Below, piece after piece: positions 10,808 to 23,734 of a stretch of 64,000 bases of DNA. Location: contig OZ374557.1 in assembly GCA_977862235.1 (NCBI GenBank), positions 2,232,001 to 2,296,000 on the forward strand. The letters are read 5' to 3'. A program made the position numbers and the translations under genes. The stretch comes from Dudresnaya verticillata. Its lineage: Eukaryota. The notes under the pieces were generated by a model, which saw nothing but the letters and a program-made list of their open reading frames with translations, was not told where the DNA came from and did no database searches. How positions within the stretch are numbered: the stretch's first letter is position 1; each line of letters starts with the position of its first letter.

Positions 10808-13800
10808 TTACGTGCGTACGAGGTTCCCACGTAGGCGTCGCGTAGCCGTCCCACTTGATACGAAACACGAATTTTCCAGCGTCGTCGGTCGAGTGATCGA
10901 GGATGCGATCGACAACGTATTCGGGGCCTTCGGTGACCTTTTCCGCAATGTCTTCGGGTCGCGTAATCGACGGTCGCGAATTCGTAGGGGTTGGCGCGTA
11001 GATGCAGCGGTCCGCGGAGACGCGTTCAACGAGGCCCTTGCGATCGATTACGAGTGTACGCGTATCGCTGAAGAGCACTTTGTACGGCCCCTCCGCGGGG
11101 GATTTCAACTTCGGAAGTTTCGTTTTCCCATCGTGGGTATCGAGGTACACGTAGTCTCCGGGTTTGACGCGGCTCTTCGTGTGGCGGATGCGCTTATCGA
11201 AGTCGCGTTTGTAACGATTTTGAACTCGCTGTAACGAAGTGCGTGCGGAATCGATGGCGAAATCGAGTCGCTTAACGAAATCGTTGCGAAGGTCCTCCGT
11301 GGGTTTTGGTCGATGCTTCCGGGAGCGATGTTTCACGGTGAACTCGGGCGGTGGTCGCGATAAAACGAGATTGAACGGAGTTGTCTTCGTAGAACGATGA
11401 ACGTGGCAATTGTACGAATATGTTAACGCGGAAACGTAGCGGTCCCAATCGTTTTGGGTGTCGTTCACGTAGTTACGAAGCATCGCGAGGATAGTGCGGT
11501 TATAGCGTTCGGTTTGTCCATTCGTTTGCGGGTGATACGCGGAAGTGAATACGTTCGATAACCCGAGTAGGCGACAGACGCCCTGAAAGAACTTCGAAGT
11601 AAACTGTTTCCCGTTATCCGAGAGCACCGAGGCTGGCGGTCCATACTTGAAGATCCAAACTTCGCAAAAGGCAACGGCCACGTGATACGCGGTTATTACT
11701 CGTAGTGTGGCCACCCGGGTCAACTTCGTAAAGCGATCCGTAATCACGAGAATGAACTTGCGTCCGGATTTCGTTCGTGGCAACGGGCCTAAGATGTCAA
11801 TCGCGACCGATTCGAGTGGGCGCGTAGCGGGGAAGAGCTTCAAGCGATGAAGATTCCTTCGGAGACGGATTCGATTCCTTGCGCAATATTTGCAGTTACG
11901 AACCGTGGATGCGATATCGGCGGCCATGTAAGGCCAGTAATACGTTTCACGAAGCGAGTAGAACATATGATTTTGCCCCGGGGGGCCTGCGAGTAACGAA
12001 TGATGCGCCAGCGTGAGCAAGCGAGGTCGGAGCGTCTCGGGCAATTCGATTTGCGTTAGCTTCGGAATCGTTGGGTGCGTTCGTCGCAGGAGACCGTCTC
12101 CATCTTCGTGAAAGAGACTATCCTTCGTTTTCGATTGTCGTGATTGCACCGTTTGGCAGAACGAATCAATACGTTGTCCTTCGAGGATTTCGGTTACCGT
12201 AATCGGTGCAGGTAGGTCTACGGGTTTCACGTCGGTGAGGTCACTCGGTTATTCGCTGGGATCAATTCGATAAAGGTCAAACGGATCATCGTCATCGATA
12301 TCGTCCCATAAGTCGCAGTCATCGTAGACATCCTTTTGCCCTGCGTATTCATCACGTAGCTCTGCGTCGTGTTCGTGTTCGCAGCCTTCGTGGTACGTAT
12401 CATTGTGGGGTTCGGAACCCGTGGTGACCTCCGTGGGTCGTGGTGTAGTGCCGGCTCGATATACGCGTGTCGCGGGTGTAGTCTTTCGCGTAGAGTCGTG
12501 GCGAATCGCGGTGGGCTTCGATTGACGTTTGCGGGATCGCGTAGTAATGAGAACCGGGTCTCTTTCGTTTTCGATGGTTTTCGTAATGTCGTTGCGGAAA
12601 CGTTCTTCGTTCTTCGCTGCGATTTGATCCGAGTCAAACGTAGGAACGTCGTTGTCGATTGCGGGTTGTTCACGATACGGAAGTAGCAATCGCGAGAGGG
12701 CATCGGGAATCTGGTGGACGCGACCGGGGCGATACACGATTTCGAAGTCGAATTCGGCTAAGCGAAGCCTCCATCGCGTGAGTCGGCCGGACGAATCGGT
12801 GAGAGAAAGAAGCCATCGGAGCGCATCGTGGTCCGTACGCACGGTGAACCGGGTCCCTTCGATATACGGACGCAACGATGTAACTGCCCATACGACTGCG
12901 TAGCATTCGCGCTCGGTTGCGGAGTAGTTCTTCTCGGCATCGTTTAACGAATACGACCAGTAGCCCACGGGTTGAAATTCTTCGTTATCTTGCTCCTGTA
13001 GCAACGCGCATCCGAGTTGATACGCAGACGCGTCCGTATCGATAATGTAACGTTTCCCGAGTTGCGGTAACCGGAGTATCGGCGGTGACACGAGCTTCCG
13101 TTTGAGCGTTTCAAATGCGGTAACCTGATCCTCCGTGGGATTCTCGTAGTCGGGATCCGCGTCCTTTCGCGTCATGTTCGTCAACGGTCGCACAATTTTT
13201 GCGAAGTCTTTCACGAATCTTCGGTATATGTTACACGCGCCGAGGAACGAACGGACTTGCGTGAGTGTCTTCGGGAACTTTGCGTATCGGAATGCCTCGG
13301 AGCTCTTCTCGGCCATACTCAGCTTCCCCGGGGAAATCACTTGTCCGAGATAGTCGACTCGCTTTCGGAAAAGGAAGCACTTCTTCATCTTGAGCGAAAC
13401 CCCGGAGCTGCGAAGTAACGTGAGAACTTGATCGAGATGCGCGATGTGTTCACGAAGATTTGCGGAGGAAACGATCACGTCATCGAGGTAAACGAGACAG
13501 CACTGCCAACGGACTCCGGATAGAATGATGTCGAGTGCGCGTTGAAACGTAGCGGACGCGTTTTTCAATCCGAAGGGCATACGAAGATAACGATAAGTTC
13601 CGAGAAACGAAATAAACGTAGTCTTATCGCGGTCTTCCGGGGCAACCGGAATCTGCCAGTATCCGCTGTTACAATCGAGTTTCGAGAAAATAGAAGCGTC
13701 TCCGAGTGAATCGATACAATCTTCCATCCGGGGAAGTGGGTACGCGTCGGATAGCGACTTCGTATTGAGTCTTCGGTAATCCACGCAAAAACGAAGTGTT

Positions 13801-15347
13801 CCGTCTTTCTTCGGTGCGAGGACTACGGGGGACGCCCACTCCGAGGTGGCTGGTTCGATTACTCCGGCTTCGAGCATACTGTCGATTTCGTTACGGACGA
13901 TTTCACGTATTGCGGGCCCTTGACGATATTGGCATCGAACGAATAGGTCGAGTCCCGGGTTGTAGATCGATCCGATGCTCCGTGGCTGCGATCGTTCCTA
14001 GGTCTCCGTTCCACATCGATTCGTGCTTACGTAGCATCTCGAGGACGTCGTTTCGCATAGTTTCATCGGGTATGTTCGAAAGGTCTACGCGTTCTTCCCA
14101 ATCGCGGGAACTCGAATTGGCTTCTGCTGCTGCTGTCGCGGCGCCCTTCGTGAGCGGTTTTTCCTTCGTGGATACGGATTCTTCGGGTGACTTCGAGTCG
14201 TCGTGCTCACGTAGTGTAGAGATGTTGAGCACCTTGGCAAACGAATCCGCGACTCGCGATCGGGTGTCGGAATCGCGCGCGGGTTTCGAGCTGCGTATCC
14301 GATGACGGTTCCCTTCGGTAGAGTTCGAGGCTTACCCGTGAAGTTCGCCATCAACACCGAAAACTCGCGATTCGGACTGACTTCGTGTATCCCGTTCGTT
14401 AACCGTACTCCGTGTCGGTGTTGTAACGAAGGCTTCGGTTCGATATGAATTAGTCCGAGTGCTTCCGAGGTCACGGTGACTAGCTTCTGCGAATAACTCG
14501 GTATGGTGACACGGCGGTTCAAACGAATGGTACGAGTGTCTCGGTCCCAATCGTGGAGCTCGCGTTGATGTCGTTTCGATAGCGTTTTCTCGAATTTCTG
14601 CTTCGGATTTTTCGAATTAGTAGCGGGCGGAGCCGATCCAGCAATGTGGTTGATAATCGGAATCGTGCTTCCACTCTTCGTGATGAGCCTCCGTGGGCTG
14701 AGCTCGATGCTTCGTAAATGCGCGTCCATCCACAAAGTTCCAAAGAGAACGTCGACTGCGAGTTTCTCCGCAACCACGAAGGGTACGCGGTATCGAACGT
14801 TCCCAAGGCGGACTGTCAGGTAAACGATACCATCGAGTCGCAACGGGGTGCGATCAGCGGATGCGAGCCTCGGAGCTGATTCCATCGTGGACGCGTTCGA
14901 TTCCCAACCGGTGGGTAACGCAGCCCGGGCTATAAGGTTGTAACCGGAACACGTATCGACTGCAATCGTATGCAGTGTCATTACGGAGGCATCGAGGCCA
15001 ATGGATCCGGTCACGAGGAAGATCTCCGAAGTCATCAAGCAAACGTATCCCTCGGTGGTAACTTCGGGTTCGATCTTCGAGATCGGTATCTTCTTCGAAT
15101 TGTTTTCGCACGAAGCGTCTTTCGCGAGGACTCGACATCGCTTTCGGTCTCGTCGTCGTGCAGCGCGCTTCCTTCGCATCACAGCGGCTCTCGGAATCTG
15201 AATACGCGGAGTGTCTCGGGGAACGTTAACCGGTTCTCGCAGTCCGTGAAAACGTTGACGCGATTGAGCCGAGTCACCCGAACCTGCCCTCGGAGGCTTA
15301 CGAAGACTCCGCGAACGACGGAAGAGGTGATCGATCAACCTCCCCAT
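10808..15347 (-). pseudogene. pol: Element A pol: protease, RT, RNase H, integrase, chromodomain
   Basis: AVDTCSG (protease); LRFCVDYRRLN, MPFGLKNA, YLDD (RT); DTDAS...TDH (RNase H); C..C, AIDILGP, SDNG, GQTER (integrase); GPY; EYVVDRILDH...IKWDGY..PTWEP (chromodomain). Frameshifts near 14235 and 13925, in-frame stop at 12249. Confidence 0.95.
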
Positions 15348-15374
15348 TGGACGCGGACGCTCGCAATTCGGATT

Positions 15375-17708
15375 CTAGTTCGAGTTCGGAAAACGAGTAA
15401 AGGCGAAGACGCCCGTTGTGTCACGCGGTTGACGGCCCGGGGCCTGCGCGTGTCTTGGATTGCGGAGGACGGTCGGCGGTCCTCGACGCTCAAAGCTGAC
15501 TTGACGCTGGGATCGGTCCCTCGGGTAGCGCGTATCGCCTTGACGAAGATCTCGGTTTGCGCGATTGTCACGTGATCCTCGGGAGTCTTGTCCACGGTGA
15601 CCTCGATTGTCAACGGACGCGAACGAATTCCCTCTTGATGCGCCGCGATTCACGAAGTTATTACGCGTATACGGTCTCGTTTCGAGTTGGTACAAGTAGT
15701 TCTGGTACGTGCAATAGAGTTCTTGCTCCTTCGTGAGATACGGACACGAATACATGAGGTGACCGATTTCGCGACAGAACCAACACGGCCACGCATCTTG
15801 ATTCTTCGGTATCATCGAACGCGCCATCTCGATTTGCTCCGGGGTCATCGGTGGTACACGTGCGGGTACGAAACGCTCGATGCGACTCGTGAGATCTAAC
15901 GTATCGTCCACGGAGACCGTTGTCGAATTAGTCGGTGTAGCGGATGTGGACCCGGTTCCTGAACGAATCATCATCACTGCCATTTGCGGATCTTCGTTCA
16001 TCGGGTACTCGTATTCACTCCCGGGAGTGTCGCAAGCTTCGATAAGCATCGTGCGTCCGGGCGCTTGGCGACTCTTTGGGTACGTAGCGGACGCTCGGTT
16101 CTTCGAATCACGCGACTGTTGGGCTGCGGTGTCACGTAGTTCGCGAGCTCGGAATGTCGTGCCTTCGGCTTGCGCGATTCGTTGCACGCTCATAAAATTC
16201 TTCTGCTCGGACAGCGGTAGGCGTCGTACCTGGTCGGCCACGATAGGATACGTAGTATGTAGTAATCCACGAATAAACTGGTGCGTTAACGAAGAGTCAT
16301 CGTAGACACCGGAGCAGGCATCCGCGTAGCCTTGCAAACGAGTCGCGAACTCCATCTCTGTTTCATCGGACTTCTGCTTCGCGGTTATCACGCGATCGTG
16401 TGCGTCTGCGATTACGTCTTCCGTGAGAAATCGTTGTAGTAACACGTTCACGATCGCGGACCAGCAAACCGGGTTGCCCGTACGAACGCCTCCGAAGGCA
16501 TAGTGTTGATACACCTTGAGCGCGGTCTCATCGAGAAACCACGAAATCGTACGAACTGCTGCTCCTTCGGTGAGCCCGACTCCGTTCAACGCTTGTCGAA
16601 TATCACGAAGAAATGCGAGAACCTTAATCGGGTCGCGTCCCGTAAACTTCTCGAGTCTCGGCATCATCCAACGCATGCGCGAAACGGTTTTCGACGTGTT
16701 ACCTCGGAATACTTCGTGTTGGTTATCCCGAGGTGACGAATTCGTGAGTCGATACGATCGATAGCTTACGGCCCGCGCGAATTCGGGAATGAGCGTCGGT
16801 ATCGGTTCGACGCCCGGCTCGAGCGGTCCCCAGTGCCAGAGCGATGACACGGGTCCCGCGAGCGCTAACGTATTTTCGATTACGGGTCCTCCGGGGGACA
16901 TCGGTTATTGAAGCGAATCTCGGAATACTGCGGGGTTGATACGGGGGTTGTCGGAGGCATCGGTTGCCTGATGCGATAAAGGGTGCGGGGACGGATTCGG
17001 ATACGTGTTTTTCGGTAACGTAGATTGGGCACCCGGGCCTTGCACGGGTTGAACTAGCGGCGAATGGAGGGGGTCAGGACGGGCTTCGGAATGATCTTCG
17101 CGACTTCGAGACTTCGGTAACGCTGCGGACGCGATGTCACGAATAGCGTTCAACTGTTCCTCGGAGAATGCGTGCGAGCTGCGAACGGGAAGCGAGTGAC
17201 TCGCCTTGCCCACGGGGGCGGATACGTTGCGCTCGAGCACGAGAAACCGATTGCTGACTCCCGAGACGAGATCCCGGAGACTCTCGAGTGAGTCTTCGAT
17301 CCTACGGATCTTGCCAGCCCGGAGATTGTTGAACTCTTCGTGAACTCGATTGTGCGTATTACGAATCGAAAGCTGCGTGATACGGTACGCGGTAGAAAGC
17401 GCATCGATGACCTCTTCGTAGAGTAAACGTAGTTCTGAACCGGAGACGTGCTTCATCGAGAAGAGTCGATCGACGGTATCCGAAGGAACGATTTCCAACG
17501 GAGTGTACGTATACGAAAGGTCGGACTGGCTACCGTGAGCCTGCGAACACGAGTCTGTGCGAAGATCGGGTACCGTTATTCGTGAAGCGCGAGTGCGAGA
17601 AAACGGTTCTCGGTCACTCGCGTTCGAGTCGAACAACGGGAGCTCCGGAATCGGTACGTCATCAGGTTTCGGTACCGGCGAATCGGGACGACTCGGAGCG
17701 TGAGACAT
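15375..17708 (-). pseudogene. gag: Element A gag (in-frame stop at 16905-16907)
   Basis: SYRSYRL, FTGRDPIKVLAFL, QKSDETEMEFATRL (MHR-like), zinc knuckle CWFCREIGHLMYSC. Confidence 0.9.
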
Positions 17709-17760
17709 CGTGTCTCGGATAGAAACGAATTACGAATAAATGCGAAACTTCGGGACCACG

Positions 17761-17778
17761 TTCTAGGTCGGGAGACCA
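17761..17778 (-). promoter_or_regulatory. Primer-binding site of A, TGGTCTCCCGACCTAGAA
   Basis: Lies 1 nt inside the LTR end and is identical to the PBS of B, C and D. Confidence 0.9.
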
Positions 17779-17779
17779 G

Positions 17780-18701
17780 TGTGGTATAACGAAGTCCACG
17801 GAGACGCGGGGAAGTCTCGCACTGTAAGGAATGGCCTCGGAGCCTAACGAATGGCCTCGTAGCCTAACGGAGAAACGAAAAGGGGTGGTAGCGTTGTAGA
17901 GCGGAGCGACCAACACGAAGGACCACGGTGTCAACGTATTCGTGTGCGGAAGGGAGAACTTGAGCGATCGATCACCGGGGATGACTCCGGGTGCGTGGGG
18001 CTATCGAAAGCGAGGCTCGACCGTATCCGCGGTCACGAAGACGAAGACACCGAACTCGAAGAAACAGGCGTTTACCGAAGACTCCGAGGTCCGGGCGCTA
18101 GTCGCTTGCCGGAAACCCTCGGAGGTTGTGCCAGACGACTGGCTAAGTAGTACTACGTGAGCACGAATGCGCGTCAACTCGGGAGACGGTTCGTACTCGA
18201 ATGATTCGTAACGGCCTCGGTGCCAGCGAACGGTCGCCTCACGTATGGTGGCGGTTGCGAAGTGCGCCAGCGATGCGCGTGTGTCGTGGGCCCCGGTGCC
18301 GTTACGCGAGGGAAACAACGGGAAAGTCACGAAGATGTCAGCGATTTCGTATCGGGTGCGCACTGTAATGCGAATGCCATCGTGGCGCGCGCGATCACGA
18401 AGTCGGATCGGGATTCGTCCGGAGGTGTCAGCGATTTCGTATCGGGTGCGCACTGTAATGCGAATGCCATCGTGGCGCGCGCGATCACGAAGTCCGATTG
18501 GGATTCGTCCGGAGGTGTCAGCGATTTCGTATCACGTGCGTGCTGTAATGCGAATGCCATCGTGGCGCGCGCACCGTATGCATCGCTGTAATACGTTTGC
18601 CATCCTGGCGTGCACATTCACGGAGTCATTTCGAAATTCATATTTCTCGATTATTTTCACGTAGGCCACGGAGTCGTTTCACGGATAGTGTCTATACCAC
18701 A
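17780..18701 (-). repeat. 5' LTR of element A (922 bp)
   Basis: Perfect 9-bp terminal inverted repeat TGTGGTATA...TATACCACA, with adjacent PBS. Confidence 0.92.
18336..18572. repeat. 90-bp tandem repeat (~2.6 copies) inside LTR A
   Basis: TGTCAGCGATTTCGTATC... starts at 18336, 18426 and 18516. Confidence 0.95.
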
Positions 18702-19429
18702 ATCAGAAAGATACGTTTGGCCAACTGACGACAGTGCGGCCGAGCGGACGCCGGTGAACATGCGTAAGAGGCACACGTGTCCAACAAGTGTACACGTGTG
18801 TCACACGTGGCCACCACGTGTGTCACACGTGGCCACCTACGACACCCAAGCGCACCACGTGGCTCGCTGTACACGTATGATCGGTGTGATCGGATCTGGA
18901 AGCAAGTGCGGAAAGGAAATTGGATTTGGCCGCAGGTGAATCAAGCAGAAGACAGCGGAAAAATTAAGGGAAAATCTAACTCATTTGGCCAACCACTAAC
19001 GAACAAGTACTTGGTTTAGTCTGGTAAGGGTACAACATTGGCCCGACGCCGGAACACAAGTAGATATTATGGCCGACGGGGAGTAACCTCGGCCACTAAC
19101 TGTGGAATAGCTCTAGATTAGCTCTAGTGGCCGTCTTTGGGCCTACTTAGACGGCCACAAACCACGGCTCGGCCAGAATAGGTACGAAGTCGTCCCGCCA
19201 GAGGTTGGGAGTAAAGTTTTGCAACCTTTTCCCCAACTCGGCCATTTTCCACTGCTCATCCAGGATCTTGGCCGCGACTTCGTCTGTGCGCTCCCGCTCT
19301 ACCACGCTTGCTACCGGCGCGCAGGTCCGTTCTACGTTCGGCCGTTTGCTACGAAATCCGACCGATCTTCCTGGTCCTTTGGGGTCTCATCCTGGCGTCG
19401 CATTCGGTGGTGCGTTTAGAGATACTACA
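18702..19429 (+). repeat. 5' LTR of B (first ~65 bp displaced by insertion of A)
   Basis: Near-identical to 42945-43650; ends GATACTACA followed by C + PBS. Confidence 0.95.
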
Positions 19430-19430
19430 C

Positions 19431-19448
19431 TGGTCTCCCGACCTAGAA
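19431..19448 (+). promoter_or_regulatory. Primer-binding site of B
   Basis: TGGTCTCCCGACCTAGAA immediately after the LTR. Confidence 0.9.
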
Positions 19449-19796
19449 GATCAGCTGAGGTTTCGGCCGTATTTCTCCGTTAGAAGATTCGAGTAGCTGG
19501 CCGTAGTCGACGCCGGCCAGTATCCTCCTCGCTACTGTGGTGGCCAAAACCCGCAAGTTGCAGATTGCGGGTTAGTCACTACCCCGTCCCGCAATCTGGT
19601 CATCCGTGTACTTCAACCCGATTCTGTAGCCGCAGTCTAGGTCACCGACCAGACACCCGTCGCTTGGTTCGTTCCCAGGTCGGCCGCTTTGCACAATCAC
19701 TGGTTCGTTCCCAGCCCAGGGAGCTTTGCACACGGCAGTGTCCGACCCTTGGTATAGGGACTAGAACTCGGAATCGTCCGTTCCCACCCCTGTGTT

Positions 19797-20291
19797 TTGC
19801 ACACGACAGTGTGGTTCCCAGGTAGGCCACTTTGCACACATCGGCCACGGGGTGTCCACGAATCGCTAGAAGTACACGGCGGATCAGTCCTTGAAGCACT
19901 TCTTCATGTCTTCTTCTTCTTCTTCGGACACCCGCAGTCCTTACAAGGCTCGGCTCGGCCTCCCTCCACGTTGGGCGCTCCCATAGGCCCACCCCCTGCT
20001 CCTGGCCTGTATCCACCGTTGTCGGGGCCAACACCAGCCCCTCCCGTCCCGTTGTCGACTGGGCGGGGTATGCCTCCAACAGTCGGCCGAGCAGCGTCAG
20101 CTTCCACGGCCGGTGTCGTCCGTAATGAGGTACCGCCGCGTACAGCCCCACCGGTCTCGCCGTTTCGCACGCCACCAGCGGCCACCGCGCCGCCGATGAC
20201 TCCACTGGCCGCTCCTGCCAATCTTCGGCCGCCTCCGGTTGATGATGATTCCCAGCCAGAACACGATGTCTGGTTGGGCCGGCAAGAGTTC
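19797..20291 (+). pseudogene. gag: Element B gag, Pro-rich N-terminal part (start uncertain)
   Basis: ...DVWLGRQEF continues in frame as YQYKRRTAEWQ... after removing element C and one TSD copy. Confidence 0.7.
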
Positions 20292-20966
20292 TGTGGTGAA
20301 GCGGCCGTTTCGGAGTGCGGACGACGGTTGAGCCGACTCGCGGCCGGCGCACCGGTGAGCTGGCGCCAAAAGCCGAAGCGGAGTGCAGTGACACAGTAGC
20401 ACTGTATGCCCTGCTGGAGTCTGCGCGCACCACCAATAGGAGCCAAGTAGTTGATTTATTTGTAATTAGATAATTATAATCATGCTGTACAGTACGTAGT
20501 GTCAGCCGGCCAATGAGAATGCCGAGCATGTCCGCAACGGTAACCGGGACCAGTAGGGCCGGACCCACCTGGTGGACCAGACCCATTGGGGTCTGGCCCA
20601 CACGGACCAGACCGTGGGTCGTATCTCCCAGTATATTAATGGGTGGCCACCGCGAGTCCTGCAGCAAACGGGTACGCAATCCTGGGCAACGTGACTTACC
20701 CTAAGCCTTACCCTCATACTCCTTCATGGCTTCCCCTCGCCAGTCCCGTGCACGGATTCATCTTACCTCCATCCCGGTGTAGCTGTCCTGGAACTGTACC
20801 GTCCCCCTTGCCTGTTGCGTCCCTTTAATCCTTACAGGTGTTGCCGCTCGAGGTACTCCCTTCGGTCTACGAACTAAGCTCTACCACCCCGGTGCCGTGT
20901 GAGATCACTCCTTATTGGAATTGCCTGATCAGCTCTCCTTACAGGTGTGCCTTTCACTATACCACA
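20292..20966 (+). repeat. 5' LTR of C
   Basis: Direct repeat of 31377-32051, TG...CA ends. Confidence 0.97.
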
Positions 20967-20971
20967 TCGTT

Positions 20972-20989
20972 TGGTCTCCCGACCTAGAA
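20972..20989 (+). promoter_or_regulatory. Primer-binding site of C
   Basis: TGGTCTCCCGACCTAGAA, 5 nt after the LTR. Confidence 0.9.
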
Positions 20990-21129
20990 AACCGTCAAGG
21001 TAGAAGAATCTCCGTTGGACTCCACTTCGGTAGAAGATCAGCTTTGTGACAACTCCGTATTGGTGTAAAGGCAAGACAAGGCAAAACACTCGTTGAGACC
21101 GTTTTAGTATCCTAAGAATAGAAGAACAT

Positions 21130-23734
21130 ATGGACCCTTCCGTATCGGATCAAGGTGAGGTGCCGTCAACCGCGCGATCACGTTGCGGTGACGATAACAC
21201 CATCCCGTAGGTGCCCTCTACTTAGAGAACACGCCACAGTGCGCCCACCGAACCGGAGGTAGCCTCAGCCACGAGCACACGCCGTGGTGATGCTGCCGAC
21301 CTGAAACCCGGTATGGAGAACCCCGAAGAACGCCTTAAAGGTGTAGCCAGTAAGCTCTCTAGGTCCCGACCTGGTTCAGATACTTCCCGTATGGGTTTCT
21401 CCAAGCCAGGTGACTTCATCGTGTCCATTGGATACTTTGGGGAGTCATCCCACGGGTTTTGGAGCATCTCCGTATAGAGGTGCAACCCAACATGGTCAAG
21501 GAGGTTGAGACCACGCTCGCCGACACCGTTCCGGTTATTGTTAGCTCCTACCTGGAGAAACACCTTCCAGAGTTGGTACAGACGCTCATCCGTCAGGAGC
21601 GTCAGGCGTCGGAGATCGAGCAGATGCTCATCCCCGGACAACCCCTACCGGAACCCAAGGAGCAGCCCTTTTCGGGACCTACACCGATACGGAATAGCTT
21701 CCCGGTCAAGGGAGAAACGACGTATATGCCAGAAATCCCCACTCAGGTGTTTCCGCCCGATCCGGTAAGGACAGCGGCAGCCCCTGGGTTACCTACCCAA
21801 ACTCAATACACCGAATTGGATCCAACACACCAACCCCAACCGAATCGGAGTACGGTCCCTGGACCCGCAGAAGTGCCTGCGGGGGAACGTATCACTGTGC
21901 CGGTGGCTTCGCGTAGAGGCAGTGAGCACTCCGATGGTGACTCCAAGAAAAATCAAGACCGGAGTGGTAGAGACAGTGCTGACAGAAAGGCCAAGGACTC
22001 CCACTTCGATCAGGAACGTGACCGTTCGCAACGGAGCAAACGCGCTTCGCGACGGGACAAATAACACTCCGGTACGGAATCTGATGATAGCCAACACCGC
22101 AATAGGAAGAAGAATAAGCGCAAGTCGCGCCATAGGCGCCCGAAAGGGCATGCCTCCTCCCATTCCTCCGGCTCTGATACGAGTTACTCCGATACGGATA
22201 GGGACGAGCGGCGTCGGGCCAGAAAACACGACGCCAAACACCGAGAGGTCGACAGACCATTCCCAAAGGTGATCCGGCCCCTGAACGACAGGTTCGTGAA
22301 GGCGCTGGATTTCCGAACATACCGACTGGAGAAAAAGAGTTCATACTACAGCTCTAGCTTGTCCCAGAATATGGGACGTATCCGCAAAAAGCTGTAGGTG
22401 CAAATCAAGTCCCACTCCTTTAACGGTACAGACCCCATCACGATCCTTGGATTTCTCGCGAAGTTCAAGGATGCGTGTAACATCAACTCCACTTCGGAAG
22501 GGACCGCACTGTGGTGTTTCCAGTTTTCTTGAGTGGACAGGCTGAAGCTTTGCTTCAAGCCCATCTCGCTGGTGGCACCACGGCGGTCGACGAGGAGCAA
22601 GCAGAGATGCTTCGCACCTATACCGAAGTGGTGAACTTTTTGCTAAGGACTTATGCTACCGATGAGGTGACTGCCGAAGGGTATTTGGACGTAACGTCGT
22701 TTCGACAAACGTCGGCCTTAACGGAAGAGCAATTCTCCAACCAACTTTGGACTAAGGCACTCCGATGCGGTACAGTATTCTCCGACAGGTCCCTCAAGTC
22801 GCTGCTTGTGGAAGGACTCCTACCGGGAACGTGTCAGCAGATGCGCAATTATCTGGCAACACACCCCGATATGGATTACCAAGCCATCACCCGCTACGCT
22901 AAAGGGCTTGGAGAATCCCATCGGGCAACCAGACGCCAAACCTCAGCGGTGCACGTCTTCGACGGAAAACCTAAGAGTCAGTCACGACGTTCGGGCGTTC
23001 TGTCGATTAGCTCCCCATCGGAGTACACCTACTCGGAGTATCCCGCTGAATCGGAGGAGCACGTGCTCGCCCTGGAAGGTGGCGCGGGTCGAAGCGCTGG
23101 CACCTCGTCGGGGTTACGTTTACTACAGCGTATTCTTCCCCACTGAGTAGTGTCTACCCTACTCCGCCTCGGACTCCCAACCTCCGCCCACCAGCGCCAC
23201 GGATGCAACCACCCCGGCAATCCCGCTATGGACCGGCTGATAGCCGCTACGGTCCCGCCACACACCGTCAAGGAACCGAACACCGTCAAGGAACCATCGG
23301 GCAGCATCCCAGCCATATCGGACACCTCCACGGCAACACGCCTCCCCGTCAAGGGCAGGGCGATCACCGTATTGGAAAACAATCCCCTGCCGCAGAGCAT
23401 ACGGATCACACCTCACCAGATGTCAGACGCCTCTATGGAAGCGGCTACTGTCGCTTGTGCCTCTCCCCGGACCATGTAATTTGTCCGTATCTGAGCGACA
23501 CCGAAAGGGGTTCCCCTGATGGAAGAGCGTGAGCGCAACTATCAGGCGCTCCTCCTCAAGCGGCAGGCCTTCGCCAAATCCAATACGGGAAATCGTCCGC
23601 CGGGTAACTACCAGCAACGCCCAGCGCGGGTGCTGACTGTCGATGGTGGTGCGGTTGGCGAGCCCCCAGCTGAGATGATGGAGGAGGCACTCATGGCGCA
23701 CCCCGACTCGGAAAACGTCGCAGGAGACGTGTAA
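21130..23734 (+). pseudogene. gag: Element C gag, multiply disrupted
   Basis: LDFRTYRL, FNGTDPITILGFL, VVNFLLRTYATDE, FRQ...TEEQF; degenerate knuckle CRLCLSPDHVIC. Confidence 0.85.

Larger units (their letters stand above)
10808..18701 (-). mobile_element. Ty3/gypsy chromodomain LTR retrotransposon 'A' (3' end cut off by the DNA transposon)
   Basis: 5' LTR 17780-18701, PBS, gag, and pol in PR-RT-RH-INT-CHR order on the minus strand. Inserted in opposite orientation into the 5' LTR of element B. Confidence 0.95.

Noticed and set aside
17761..17778. tRNA gene
   Set aside because: Only the 18-nt 3'-end match is present next to an LTR, so it is a PBS and not a cloverleaf.
18336..18572. CRISPR-like array
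   Set aside because: Whole 90-bp units are repeated with no unique spacers, inside an LTR, and no cas genes are present.
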